Source of the DNA: a virus
Strand: one strand, 5' to 3'
Virus record (IMG/VR): IMGVR_UViG_3300037108_000012
Location: 1 to 64,000 of that record
DNA: 64,000 nt
Part shown: in pieces, positions 1 to 9,563 of the stretch
How the letters are laid out: every line of letters begins with the position of its first letter
How positions within the stretch are numbered: the stretch's first letter is position 1
Notes under the pieces: generated by a model
Told to the model about the DNA's origin: nothing
Seen by the model: the letters and a program-made list of their open reading frames with translations, nothing else
Database searches by the model: none
Translations under genes and position numbers: made by a program

Positions 1-171
1 CCGCGCCACGACAGATGAGTTCCCCCACGCCTCGACAGATGAGTTCCCCCACGCCTCGACAGATGAGTTCTCCCGCGCCACGACAGATGAGTTCCCCCGC
101 GCCTCGACAGATGAGTTCCCCCACGCCACGACAGATGAGTTCTCCCACGCCACGACAGATGAGTTCTCCCG
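1..171. repeat. 24-bp coding tandem repeat (~7 copies visible)
   Basis: cgacagatgagttc[c/t]ccc[a/g]cgcc[a/t] repeated head to tail. Confidence 0.95.
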
Positions 172-288
172 CGAGATTTTCACCACGAGTTTACTCGTGG
201 TGTTTTTGATGAGAATTCGAGTATACTCATCAAAACTGTTTGGTAGAGCGTCAAACTCAATTTGAGTTGAAATGATGATTTCTTTCAT
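1..288 (-). CDS. Octapeptide-repeat (A[W/R][E/G]NSSV[V/E]) beta-helix-like protein, truncated by window edge
   Basis: Manual translation from ATG at 288, overlapping the upstream TGA: MKEIIISTQIEFDALPNSFDEYTRILIKNTTSKLVVKISRENSSVVAWENSSVVAWGNSSVE...; absent from the ORF track because its stop lies outside the window. Confidence 0.8.
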   Translation of the reverse strand, partial: MKEIIISTQIEFDALPNSFDEYTRILIKNTTSKLVVKISRENSSVVAWENSSVVAWGNSSVEARGNSSVVARENSSVEAWGNSSVEAWGNSSVVAR

Positions 289-665
289 CAGAATGTACCC
301 CAAACTTTCTTGGCTGGAAGCCAGTGTTGCCACGCAGAATCAAATTCGCAGTTATCAGGACTGTTCGCAAACATCGGAGCGATCTCGGAGTCGTGAAATC
401 CTGCGAGTCCACATCCTATTCGCGTTACCTGAAAAGTTATATCATGATGGTTATTCGCATAGGAGATAAAACGGTCTACGCTGTCCCAAACTTCTTCGAG
501 AGAGCGTGATTGGATATTTCTATCCTTTGTTGGAATAGCGTAGCATTGGCCTGTTGGTCCTTCTCCTACGCCCCACTCTGCGTCGAGAGACTTGTAGGCA
601 TAGGCGGCTGCTCCTGCGCCATGTCGCCCCGCAGAATTCGATCCGAAAACAAAGCATTTTTCCAT
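288..665 (-). CDS. A1S_2505-like phage protein (macrodomain-like)
   Basis: FVFGSNxAGRHGAGAA, YAIPTK and VTRIGCGLAG motifs. Confidence 0.75.
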   Translation of the reverse strand: MEKCFVFGSNSAGRHGAGAAAYAYKSLDAEWGVGEGPTGQCYAIPTKDRNIQSRSLEEVWDSVDRFISYANNHHDITFQVTRIGCGLAGFHDSEIAPMFANSPDNCEFDSAWQHWLPAKKVWGTF

Positions 666-884
666 GTTCCTTTACCGTCCTTCTGCTATCGCGCTAGGAT
701 GCAAAGAAGCATTGCGGATGAATCCATACTCTTCTCCTGCTCCGCTTTTGTCTGTGTGATCTTCCTTGAGGATGACGCGTTCTACGGTTAAAGGTTTCGG
801 GTTGGTCATGGGTTGAATGTTGAGGTTCTGGAAGTCGATCTTCATGGTTTTTTCTCCTAGTGAAATTGGTTTTCTATCAAACGG

Positions 885-1550
885 TTAGGCAACGTCACAG
901 TATTCCATTGCCAGTCGTAAAACTTCGTCGTAATTAGATGCCGCGAAAGCTTTTTCCGTAAAATCCTTCTCACTCAAAGGCATTCCAGCTTTACGGAGCG
1001 CTTTTGTTACGCGCCCAATGATGCTGAACACGTTTCCATCCTGTCCGGTCAGTTGGACGAATGGCTTAATCGTCTTTTCTGATAACGGTTTTCCAGTGGT
1101 TGATAGACCCTCAGTAATACGGTCACTCTCTCGGCATCCTATCAAAGAGTCTATTTCCGGTAGAGGAATTCCCTGCTCTTTCGCGGCGGCTAGGATGATC
1201 CGGTTGATTGCATCCTCAACGCGGTTGATGTTCTCTTGAGTCCACCATGATTCATCAAAGCCTTCATCTTCATCTTCTTCATCTTCTTCCCAACGGCTTC
1301 CTGTGTGTTCGCGGTAAGGACCATAGAATCCGAACACCTTTTCAAAGTCCTTAGCGCGGTTGCACAGCCCATTGTTGTACAAATCGTAGTAGCAGTTGGA
1401 TGCTACGCGGAAGGATTCGAGAGCCGGATTCCTGTCGGCGTTAGGAATTTCGCCTTCATCGGGAATCAACTTATCGAGAGCGTCCTGAATTTCAGGATAC
1501 TTACCTTTATGGCTCCAGTAGGTATTTTTGTAGAGCTTTGGATCTGTCAT
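885..1550 (-). CDS. Hypothetical phage protein (two-domain)
   Basis: 221-aa ORF with RBS; C-terminal VQLTGQDGNVFSIIGRV domain is common in phages. Confidence 0.75.
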   Translation of the reverse strand: MTDPKLYKNTYWSHKGKYPEIQDALDKLIPDEGEIPNADRNPALESFRVASNCYYDLYNNGLCNRAKDFEKVFGFYGPYREHTGSRWEEDEEDEDEGFDESWWTQENINRVEDAINRIILAAAKEQGIPLPEIDSLIGCRESDRITEGLSTTGKPLSEKTIKPFVQLTGQDGNVFSIIGRVTKALRKAGMPLSEKDFTEKAFAASNYDEVLRLAMEYCDVA

Positions 1551-1720
1551 TTTCTCTTCTCCTTTTTGACTGGGTATCGGCGTTCAAAAAACTCAGGAAT
1601 ATCCCATCCTTTAGATCGAAAGACAGCAACAACCTTTGCAGCGGCCTCATCGTATCCCAAGTGCTGCTCTGTGCGAACAGTGCGTATTGCTTCAATCAAA
1701 CCGTACTTTGGGATGGACAT
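1547..1720 (-). CDS. Small hypothetical protein (57 aa)
   Basis: Manual translation MSIPKYGLIEAIRTV...KKEKRK; GGAG RBS; ATGA overlap with next gene. Confidence 0.6.
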   Translation of the reverse strand: MSIPKYGLIEAIRTVRTEQHLGYDEAAAKVVAVFRSKGWDIPEFFERRYPVKKEKRK

Positions 1721-1734
1721 TTTCTCTCCTTCGG

Positions 1735-2118
1735 TTAAATCAAATTCAAAAGTCTTCTTGTCTTTTGCAAAGAAGTGATATATTGGTCAAAATCAGCAAG
1801 CACGGTTTTAACGGCAATCCTCGGATCGATATTCCGCTCAATAAATTGAGGAGTTACGTTTAGGTATGCGGTAAAACATCTTTCACCGCTAGGAGTTACA
1901 TTACACGGACCTTTGGACGCACCCCAAAACCAACCAAGATTTTCGAGAACGTATGGTTTCCATCCCTTGCCTAGCTTTTTTGCCAGAGCCTTTGATTTCT
2001 TTACGGCAAGATCGTACTTTGATTTGTCACAGATTCCTTTACCGCCACCGCAAGCGGGAGAACAGTAAACACCGTCTTTGAGTATTGGAGTCCAGTCGCG
2101 TTTCGTTTCCATTTTCAT
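1735..2118 (-). CDS. Hypothetical protein
   Basis: 127-aa ORF, AGGAG RBS, CSPACG motif. Confidence 0.7.
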   Translation of the reverse strand: MKMETKRDWTPILKDGVYCSPACGGGKGICDKSKYDLAVKKSKALAKKLGKGWKPYVLENLGWFWGASKGPCNVTPSGERCFTAYLNVTPQFIERNIDPRIAVKTVLADFDQYITSLQKTRRLLNLI

Positions 2119-2145
2119 TCTCCTGTTAAACTGTTTGGTTTCCTA

Positions 2146-2892
2146 TCAATTGTTGATAGTTACGATAACGGTGTTGACGTTGGTTCCTGATTCCGCAAAG
2201 GAATTGTCAGGCAGTGGTTCGATTGATCCTCCAGCCTCTACAGCGGCCCGTACCATCTTATTGAGCCTGTCTGTGCGGAAGGTGACGCTTGACGGCATGA
2301 CGGCCACAAGACGGCCTCCAGACTTGAGAAACGTCATAGCTTTTAGAAGATGAGAGGGCGCGGAATTGTGACCGAAAGGTGGATTCATGATAACGCGGTC
2401 AAACTTCTTCAAATGGTCACACGTAAGAAAATCGCCCAGCGTTAAATCCATCCCTCCGGTGATCTCACATTGCCGAAGCAGGACCGAGAAATTGTTTGGG
2501 TCGATCTCAACAGCGTGGACGTGTGCTCCAGCGTCAATCAACTCTCGTACAATGTTTCCCGTCCCGGCGCTAGGCTCCAAGACTTCCATTCCCAGTTCGA
2601 TCTCTGCCAGTTCCAAGAGCCGTTTTACTACGGCGATAGGAGTAGGAAAATATCCAAGTTCCTGTTTCTTATTAACGATTTTACCAGTGAGAATGATCTG
2701 GTCCATGATCTCGGCAGCATCACTCTCAAAGATGTGTGCCTGTGCTTTCTTATTCCACTTTCCTCCTGCGGTCTCAAGGACTTTGTTGGTTGCGACGTAG
2801 AGCGGTCGAGCAAGCTGTCCATTCAGTTTGAGGGAGTTTCCCTCTACTGTTGCGTTGCTTAACACGTCAAGAACTGCGTTGTCGATGTTCAC
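2146..2892 (-). CDS. N6-adenine DNA methyltransferase
   Basis: YFPTP, VLEPSAGTG (motif I), VIMNPPF (motif IV). Confidence 0.9.
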   Translation of the reverse strand: MNIDNAVLDVLSNATVEGNSLKLNGQLARPLYVATNKVLETAGGKWNKKAQAHIFESDAAEIMDQIILTGKIVNKKQELGYFPTPIAVVKRLLELAEIELGMEVLEPSAGTGNIVRELIDAGAHVHAVEIDPNNFSVLLRQCEITGGMDLTLGDFLTCDHLKKFDRVIMNPPFGHNSAPSHLLKAMTFLKSGGRLVAVMPSSVTFRTDRLNKMVRAAVEAGGSIEPLPDNSFAESGTNVNTVIVTINN

Positions 2893-3076
2893 GATTGATC
2901 TCCTATCAATTTAGGATTGTCGAATGATTCAGGATAGAAAGGCTCTGCGTAGTGTTGAGGATCGGGAGCAGGACCGTCATTACCACAGCGGTAACGGCGG
3001 GTTTCGATGTGAACCCAATCAAAACCACTCTTCTTGATTTCTTTACTGCAGTGTCGGCAATTCATTTGGTATCCTA

Positions 3077-4090
3077 TCAAGCGGCTATTGCCAGTTCTTC
3101 GTCTTCCTGTGGAGTCAAGGCGCGAATGTCGGCCCTGACGTTCTTTAAGTGTTCTGCCATGCGTTTGAGACGTGCGGAGTTGGTTTCCTCGTCTTCGTCA
3201 TCCCTATAGCGCAAGGAATCAGAGACGGTGTAAACCTGATCCTTTGGCCGTTTGGCAATCCAGTTTTCTTGCCAGTAGCCACCGTTTTCGAGTGAGTTCC
3301 ATTGCCGCCAGATTGGAGGATAAAGACTCTTGAATTGCTTTTCGAGTGTTCCGATCTGGTAGACGATGGAGGCATACCGTACAGCATTTTTCTGTGAGCG
3401 TAGGACTGTCTTCTGTCCGGTCATAACGCGGCGACGGCGAGCATAAGGACTGATACGCGGCTTTTCTTCGTACTCACGCTTCACCGTAACCAGTTTGGCT
3501 TTCTCCTCTTCCAACTTCTTGAGTTGCCAGCGAATAACAGAGCCGCGTTTCCTATTCGCTCTCTGGTTTTCAAAGGCCGCATAGGAATCAAGAACGTCTT
3601 GCCGTGCCTCAGCATCTACAGGAATCAGGACAGGGACAGCGTGCGATCTGGCATCGGCTAGGATAGCCTTCTCATCTTTTTGGGCTGCTATCAATTCAGC
3701 AACCCCGGCCTTCTCAGCGGCCTTGAGTTTGAGTGCGCGTTGCTCTTGCGCCGATAGGACACCCATCATGGCGACCTTGACGCGCTTGCGACGTTCCTTC
3801 TCTGACCAGTCGCTTAGCTCTCTCTGTGCATCCTCTTGCCGCATGGAAAGCAATTTACATGAAGTGTGAACATTACCATCACGCCCGGTAATCTTGAGAT
3901 AACGACTACCGGCGTGACCCAAACTCCCGATAATCACTTCTACGGTGTCAATGGTGACGCCTTTTAGGACACCGCATAGGAGTTTCCGGTTAAAGCACAG
4001 CGGCCTATGGTCCTTGACAGGGACCGCGACTATCGGAGCCGATGCACGCAGCGCCGCACGGATGGAATTTAGGTGATCCATGACTATCAA
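3077..4090 (-). CDS. Hypothetical protein
   Basis: 337-aa ORF in operon orientation; start codon uncertain. Confidence 0.7.
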   Translation of the reverse strand: MIVMDHLNSIRAALRASAPIVAVPVKDHRPLCFNRKLLCGVLKGVTIDTVEVIIGSLGHAGSRYLKITGRDGNVHTSCKLLSMRQEDAQRELSDWSEKERRKRVKVAMMGVLSAQEQRALKLKAAEKAGVAELIAAQKDEKAILADARSHAVPVLIPVDAEARQDVLDSYAAFENQRANRKRGSVIRWQLKKLEEEKAKLVTVKREYEEKPRISPYARRRRVMTGQKTVLRSQKNAVRYASIVYQIGTLEKQFKSLYPPIWRQWNSLENGGYWQENWIAKRPKDQVYTVSDSLRYRDDEDEETNSARLKRMAEHLKNVRADIRALTPQEDEELAIAA

Positions 4091-4681
4091 TCAACGATAA
4101 ATCGTTGCTCCTCTGCGGGCTTTGATTTTCAGGTTTGGGTTGCAACCGCTGGCATAGACGTAATTAGCCGCATCAGCCTTCAACTCAGTGAGAGCCGTGC
4201 AACCGCTGGCATCGACGGTCGTAGCCGCATCAGCCTTCAACTCAGTGAGAGCCGTGCAACCGCTGGCATAGACGTAATTAGCCGCATCAGCCTTCAACTC
4301 AGTGAGAGCCGTGCAACCGCTGGCATAGACGGTCGTAGCCGCATCAGCCTTCAACTCAGTGAGAGCCGTGCAACCGCTGGCATAGACGGTTTTGAATCCG
4401 GCCTTGAATCGGCGAAGTAAAGCTGCGCGTGTACGCTTTTCTATCTCTTCCGCGTCGAACCATTTTGGAAGTTCATCTTGATCCACAACAAACTTCCACG
4501 CCTTGAGACTAGGCCACTTCTTGATTTTGTCGGTTGGGGTAATCTCAACCTTAACCACGTTAGGCCCAAGTGATCCCCATTCATGGAGATTGTTTTGATT
4601 GATAATATCGCTGTGAGAGTCTCCGGTTTCAGACCAAAACTCACGATCTTTTGTCAGCACAAAACTAGCGAATTTGCACAT
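4091..4681 (-). CDS. LRR-like repeat protein (19-aa units xVYASGCTALTELKADAAx)
   Basis: 57-bp tandem repeat, 4 full copies plus a partial one, at ~4141-4391. Confidence 0.85.
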   Translation of the reverse strand: MCKFASFVLTKDREFWSETGDSHSDIINQNNLHEWGSLGPNVVKVEITPTDKIKKWPSLKAWKFVVDQDELPKWFDAEEIEKRTRAALLRRFKAGFKTVYASGCTALTELKADAATTVYASGCTALTELKADAANYVYASGCTALTELKADAATTVDASGCTALTELKADAANYVYASGCNPNLKIKARRGATIYR

Positions 4682-4735
4682 GGTAAAACCTCTTTTCAGA
4701 AGAAACAGATACGAAACTAGGATGTGAAAGCTGTT

Positions 4736-5734
4736 TTAGAATGCAGCGGGTGAGGTTCCGGCGTTAACCGGCCCACTATTAGTGAGCCGGTCAACGTAAT
4801 GGGATAAAACAAGGAGTTTCTCTGCGGACACTGAAACCTTCTCCACATCGGGATTGATAAGGTCGGCAATGTCCACTCCCTCCAAGAGTTCACTAAAGAG
4901 TTTTACAAACCCCTTTATCTGACTCTCTGTTTCTTTATCCTTGCGCTTGCCGGAAACCGGGGGCGCGATAGGAGTCTTCTCGTATTCAATCGTTACTGGA
5001 GTGTCCAGTACAGGATCAAACGATTCGCCTTCAGGCGGTGCGGCCTCTACGGTATGGACGGCAGGTGCCGGTTGAGACTTGGGTTTGACAACATCCTTGA
5101 CCTTGATTTTTCCAGGCTTGGCTACTACTTCCCGCTGCTGATCTTTGGTCATCTTGGCAAGGCCCACGGCGGCGGTGATTTCAGCGCGGCCTTCCCGGAC
5201 GGCCTCAATTGCTTCGGGGGCGAGTTCCTTCAGCGCAAGACGCTGCTTGACGTAGCGGAGAGCTTCGGCGAGTTCCGATTCCGTCACGGCCTCTGGAAAA
5301 TAGACCTTGGCAATGTCTTCGTGATTGTAGGAGAACTTGTTTTCCAGTGTTCTCATATTGGCGCAATCGTCAATAGGGGAAACATCTTTGCGGCAACGGT
5401 TTTCCCGAATCGCCATCTGGAAGGCTTCGGCGTCGGACGTGGCACTGGTATACGTGCATTTGATGTAACGCCGCTCTGCCGGATAGCGTTCATTGAGAAG
5501 CGTGATTGCACGCCAGCGCCGATGACCGTAAATCAAGAGCGGCAGACCTTGATCGTTCTTGCGGATACCGACAGGCTGAATTTGACCATTTGCCCGAATG
5601 TCGGCTGCAAGACCTTCAATGTCGGTATGCTCATGCCGTCCATTCAATTCTGGCATGATGGTAATGTTTTCAGGCCAATCGCGGTACTCTGCTCCAGCCC
5701 GCTTGGTTGTGTCATTTGCAAATTCAACTGCCAT
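4736..5734 (-). CDS. ParB/Srx N-terminal domain protein
   Basis: LAADIRANGQIQPV, LIYGHRRWRA, ENRCRKD motifs. Confidence 0.85.
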   Translation of the reverse strand: MAVEFANDTTKRAGAEYRDWPENITIMPELNGRHEHTDIEGLAADIRANGQIQPVGIRKNDQGLPLLIYGHRRWRAITLLNERYPAERRYIKCTYTSATSDAEAFQMAIRENRCRKDVSPIDDCANMRTLENKFSYNHEDIAKVYFPEAVTESELAEALRYVKQRLALKELAPEAIEAVREGRAEITAAVGLAKMTKDQQREVVAKPGKIKVKDVVKPKSQPAPAVHTVEAAPPEGESFDPVLDTPVTIEYEKTPIAPPVSGKRKDKETESQIKGFVKLFSELLEGVDIADLINPDVEKVSVSAEKLLVLSHYVDRLTNSGPVNAGTSPAAF

Positions 5735-5788
5735 GATGATTCCCCTCTCCCAAGTGGATTCAAATTTGAGTTTTTTCTTGGCTTCCGT

Positions 5789-6043
5789 TTAGGAAGGTTC
5801 CCGGTTAGGCCAGAATTTTGTTTCCGTGAGATTGAAAGTGGAGCCGTGCAGCCTCAATAAAAGCCTGCTGGCGATCTTGAGACCATTCGCGTAGGATGTT
5901 TCAGGTTCAAAAGCAACAGGAGTCAAAGCGATTCCCTGCTGCTTGTCAGTGAGTGAGCGAATGGCGAGAACTTCATTGCGGGTTGCATCGTCAACGACAA
6001 TGCTAAAACCTTCCTCATACTGCTTGCTAATGCTTACGTTCAT
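5789..6043 (-). CDS. Hypothetical protein
   Basis: 84-aa ORF with purine-rich RBS. Confidence 0.6.
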   Translation of the reverse strand: MNVSISKQYEEGFSIVVDDATRNEVLAIRSLTDKQQGIALTPVAFEPETSYANGLKIASRLLLRLHGSTFNLTETKFWPNREPS

Positions 6044-6056
6044 TTTGTTTCCCTTT

Positions 6057-6189
6057 GGATGCTTGTTACCATTCGTGCCGGTCTGAAGAGGAGTTGCGTA
6101 CCCAGTTCATTAGCTGGCAACCCGGCTTTCAATTCTCTGAAAACCTTGCTAGGCCCGTTCCCCGGCTCTCGAATGGTTTACTTGCATCC
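6057..6189 (-). ncRNA. Candidate structured leader RNA
   Basis: Nested complementary pairs ggatgc/gcatcc, accattcg/cgaatggt, gccgg/ccggc, gttgc/gcaac, ccag/ctgg; no credible ORF. Confidence 0.5.
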
Positions 6190-6251
6190 TCCCTTCCCTG
6201 AATTTTGTTTCCTTGCGTCATGCTTGCTTCGTGCTTGCTTCCACTCTCTAA

Positions 6252-6281
6252 ACTGTATTCGATCTCACATACGCTTGTCAA
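6252..6281 (-). promoter_or_regulatory. Sigma70-type promoter
   Basis: TTGACA-18nt-TACAGT; near-identical -10 region at 11670-11699. Confidence 0.7.
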
Positions 6282-6302
6282 GTTGAAAGTGAAAAGAGTT
6301 TA

Positions 6303-6554
6303 CTATTTTGGTTCCACGTCGGAGTACATCGGGCGATCCTCTTGAAAGTCTTCAGGATGCAAACGCCGCCATACATCCCGCTTATGTTCATCGTGCCAGT
6401 TGCGCCGCGCCTTAGCTCGGCCTGTTGCGCTCGGCATTGCCATGAGCCTATTCCATGCGCCGCAGGAACACCGTGCCGTGTTTCTCGGTTCATGTTTTTC
6501 GTGCAACTCCGGAGCCATTAAACGATGGCCGTGAATGATGATTGATCCCGCCAT
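6303..6554 (-). CDS. Hypothetical protein (Cys/His, possible Zn-binding)
   Basis: 83-aa ORF, CSCG...WHDEH, AGGGAG RBS. Confidence 0.6.
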   Translation of the reverse strand: MAGSIIIHGHRLMAPELHEKHEPRNTARCSCGAWNRLMAMPSATGRAKARRNWHDEHKRDVWRRLHPEDFQEDRPMYSDVEPK

Positions 6555-6903
6555 AAACGTATCTCCCTTTGGTTGAATTGGTTTGAAAACCTAGACGCGA
6601 CTAGGAGCCTGATACTTGTACGGTGAAACAAGTTTAAGAACGTTTGTAGGCCAGTCTCCAGCCGGACTCTCAATGTTAATCGTGCGGCTGTACTCTTCGC
6701 GTAACACATCAAAAGCCATTACACAAAGGCGCAAAGCGTTCACATCGCGTTCGTGCGTTTCTCCGAATCCGGTAGTATTTGCCCAGTCTGTAAGGCAAGG
6801 AATAGCGGCGGTCACGGCGTCTATCAGAGCGCAATGCGTTCTCATATCGCCAGTGTGCTGATAAGGTGGATTCCCAAGTTCAAGCATGATTTCTCCCGTA
6901 AAT

Positions 6904-7281
6904 CTATTGTGAGGACTTCCCGGCTTTCCATGCGGCCTCAAGAGCGGCTTTGACGTTCCACACAGACAAGCTGTGAAAGTCGAGTGAGTCTGAGTTTTGA
7001 ATCTCCAGCGTCTTGATTCCGAGGTAACGCTGTGCGATCTGTGCCAGTAGTTCGTCGGGCGGTGTTGGCTTGTTAGAGCCTTCGCAGCCGTACTCTGCCG
7101 CGTAGCGTTCCACGTTGGCTAAGAGTTCGGCCCTCGTTGCGTAATTCACGCCAACACAGTGCATATTGTTTTTGTTGCCGTCTTGCGCGTCTGACAGGTC
7201 AACGAAGCGCCAGAATCCCGGCTCAACCATCGTGAAACCTATCTCAGAGAAACGAGTTTTGTAGAGTATTCCGTCGATCAT
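6904..7281 (-). CDS. DUF6900-like domain protein
   Basis: C-terminal LGIKTLEIQNSDSLDFHSLSVWNVKAALEAAW. Confidence 0.7.
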   Translation of the reverse strand: MIDGILYKTRFSEIGFTMVEPGFWRFVDLSDAQDGNKNNMHCVGVNYATRAELLANVERYAAEYGCEGSNKPTPPDELLAQIAQRYLGIKTLEIQNSDSLDFHSLSVWNVKAALEAAWKAGKSSQ

Positions 7282-7505
7282 TTTTCCTCTCCCTCTGACA
7301 CTTTTTCAAAGTCGAGATAATCAACCCCGCCTTCGGTTTGGCAATCAACTACAGACCATTGCTCATAGGAGCCAGGACGTGTTACCCACCATTGACCATG
7401 TTCAAAGTCTGTCCTGTAGCATCCCGGCCCAAGGATGAATTTAGCGGCGCGTATGATCCGCTTCGACATTTCCGGCGTATTGGTTTCGGTCATCAGCATT
7501 TTCAT
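7278..7505 (-). CDS. Hypothetical protein
   Basis: 75-aa ORF, GGAG RBS, ATGA overlap. Confidence 0.65.
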   Translation of the reverse strand: MKMLMTETNTPEMSKRIIRAAKFILGPGCYRTDFEHGQWWVTRPGSYEQWSVVDCQTEGGVDYLDFEKVSEGEEK

Positions 7506-7532
7506 TCTCCCGGTAATCAGTTTGGTTGCCTA

Positions 7533-7748
7533 TCAAAGCAGGATGCGAACTAAATCAAGTGCATCCTTGCCCCATCTCCGCTCTACAGCTTGCGCCGTGC
7601 TTTCCCCGGCGCGTGGATAGACTAACTCTTCATCGAACTTCACAACGTCAAGGCGGAGCGGTCCAAGCCAAAACGGTGCTAGACGAACGCCGAATATCTC
7701 TCGGAACTGCTCTGCTTGACTTGCCAACACGCTAGAAGTCATTTTCAT
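7533..7748 (-). CDS. Hypothetical protein
   Basis: ATG at 7748 preceded by GGAG. Confidence 0.6.
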   Translation of the reverse strand: MKMTSSVLASQAEQFREIFGVRLAPFWLGPLRLDVVKFDEELVYPRAGESTAQAVERRWGKDALDLVRILL

Positions 7749-7768
7749 ATTCTCCAATTGGTTGCCTA

Positions 7769-7894
7769 TCAAAGTCCAAGGTCGTCAAGAATACCCTGTA
7801 CCATGCGTTCATTCATGCCGATCTCAGCCGCTATCTGGTGGGATGTGCGACCAGCAAGCCATAGCCGTTTGATCCTGCGCTCTGTCTGAGTCAC
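7769..7894 (-). CDS. Small helix-turn-helix protein (41 aa)
   Basis: Manual translation MTQTERRIKRLWLAGRTSHQIAAEIGMNERMVQGILDDLGL; GTG start after AGGAG. Confidence 0.65.
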   Translation of the reverse strand: MTQTERRIKRLWLAGRTSHQIAAEIGMNERMVQGILDDLGL

Positions 7895-8118
7895 TTTCGA
7901 TCTCCTATCAAATGCTTGCACGTTGCTTGCCAATGCTTACAGAATTCCATGGGCGCGTAGGAACCAAAGGACCGCGCCGATAAGCAGCAGGTCAATGGCG
8001 GTGAGAGTTCCAAGACCCAAAAACGTTTTCCAGTTTGGCACTCCGTAGACGGTTTCTCCAGGAATATCTTTCATAGATGTTTCTCCTATCGCACAAGGAA
8101 TCAAAAACAGGTTAACAG

Positions 8119-8457
8119 TTAATTCCACTTCTGGTGGTCGGACTCCATCGGTAGAATGACTTTGGTGATCTGGTACGGCGCATCATGCCTGATAGGTGCT
8201 TTGATGTGCCGTGACGGTTGAAGAGGATACGGTCGGTCGTCCAGCAGGTGTCCGGCCTCATGGAGAAATTCATCGGTCCATTGTGCGGCCAGGACTCCGG
8301 CAAATTCATCCAATTTTTCAGGAATCATTTTAGGTCGCGGCTTTTCGGCCTTGCGCTCGGCTTCATACTCCGCCCGTTCGTACCGGATGCGGATAGGAAG
8401 AAGAGCAAAAATGACAAGCAGTAAAACTGCGCCGATGATGTAATCAGGATGAACCAT
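8119..8457 (-). CDS. Membrane-anchored hypothetical protein
   Basis: N-terminal hydrophobic helix YIIGAVLLLVIFALLPI. Confidence 0.65.
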   Translation of the reverse strand: MVHPDYIIGAVLLLVIFALLPIRIRYERAEYEAERKAEKPRPKMIPEKLDEFAGVLAAQWTDEFLHEAGHLLDDRPYPLQPSRHIKAPIRHDAPYQITKVILPMESDHQKWN

Positions 8458-8524
8458 AAAGCACTCTCCAAGTGTTGAATTGGTTTCCTATCAAAGCGTG
8501 CCGGATGCGTCAGGGGCGGTTAGG

Positions 8525-8809
8525 CTACAATCCCCAAAACTCTCTGCGCTCGTCGCTCATGCTGCCGTTGCGCCCGACCTCTTCGCCATACGCCTCGATG
8601 GTGAGTAGCGCTGCGGCTAAATCCTCGTCATCCTGCTGCGCGGGATCAAAATCATACGGCCACTGATTGATCTCCCAGTTGTCGGCTGGAATGCGAGTAT
8701 ATTCGGCCAAGGTCTGTTCGTCGGCGCGAAATGCGCTGCGCACTACATCGTTGCTATCCACTAACAGAATTGAGTCGTATCCTCCATTGTGGGTCATCAC
8801 GAGTGTCAT
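8525..8809 (-). CDS. Small acidic hypothetical protein
   Basis: 94-aa ORF, GGAGG RBS. Confidence 0.65.
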   Translation of the reverse strand: MTLVMTHNGGYDSILLVDSNDVVRSAFRADEQTLAEYTRIPADNWEINQWPYDFDPAQQDDEDLAAALLTIEAYGEEVGRNGSMSDERREFWGL

Positions 8810-8900
8810 GTTGTTCCCTCCCAGGGCGTGTACCCTGCTTGCATTTTCCTATTCGCATAGGAATTAAAAACGGTTTGGTTCCCTATCAACTGAGAACGTG

Positions 8901-9125
8901 TTAAAGGTTAACGACCTCTCGGATTGTGTACCATCCCCAGGGACCGCGCCGATGGATAACGAACCTATCGGGAGCCAAGCAGCCGGACTCTGGGCCATTG
9001 ACAAGGTAATTCTGTGCGATCTCGCGGGCTTCGTCGATGGAGTCCACTGGTCCGATAATCTGGTAGTGGTCCCAAACTCCGATTCCTTCTACATCGGCTT
9101 CGACTACTAGTATTCCGTATTCCAT
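8901..9125 (-). CDS. Hypothetical protein
   Basis: 74-aa ORF, AGGAG RBS. Confidence 0.65.
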   Translation of the reverse strand: MEYGILVVEADVEGIGVWDHYQIIGPVDSIDEAREIAQNYLVNGPESGCLAPDRFVIHRRGPWGWYTIREVVNL

Positions 9126-9152
9126 AAAGCATTTCTCCTGAGAATTGAAAGG

Positions 9153-9521
9153 TTATGCCGCGTCAATTTGCAACTGCCATTTGATAGCGCGAACGCGGGA
9201 AATAATCGCGTTAATGCGTCCAGCTTCTCGCACTTCCCGCAAGTTGGAATAATCTTTCAGCATGGTAGGAACTTCGACAATAGCGGTGTTAGACCACTCA
9301 TCAAAATTCTTTTCAGTTCCCGGCTGCTCGTATTGAATTGCCTCTGCAATGGCCGCGCAAGGAACTGAGTTTCCCATCCTGAGAATGGCCGCGCAAATAG
9401 CTTGCACTTTGGATTCATTCTCTTCTGTGACCACTTTACAGGTCTTTGCGCGTCCGAGTAAACGAAATTCGGGCGGTGCAACCGTGCTGTACTCGTCGCC
9501 AGCCTTCGCAATAATAACCAT
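9153..9521 (-). CDS. Hypothetical protein
   Basis: 122-aa ORF, GGAGG RBS. Confidence 0.65.
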   Translation of the reverse strand: MVIIAKAGDEYSTVAPPEFRLLGRAKTCKVVTEENESKVQAICAAILRMGNSVPCAAIAEAIQYEQPGTEKNFDEWSNTAIVEVPTMLKDYSNLREVREAGRINAIISRVRAIKWQLQIDAA

Positions 9522-9563
9522 AAAGCAATTCCTCCGTGTTCCGTTTGGTTCGCTATCAAACGG

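Noticed and set aside
15-209. Plus-strand ORF MSSPTPRQ repeats
   Set aside because: Antisense shadow of the minus-strand octapeptide gene, which fits operon orientation and start/stop coupling
875-887. 15-bp early motif as simple IHF sites
   Set aside because: Only the copies at ~875 and ~9554 extend to WATCAAnnnnTTR; conservation in the others lies on the opposite side
5054-5860. 268-aa plus-strand ORF
   Set aside because: Antisense shadow of the GC-rich ParB-like gene, with no recognisable motifs
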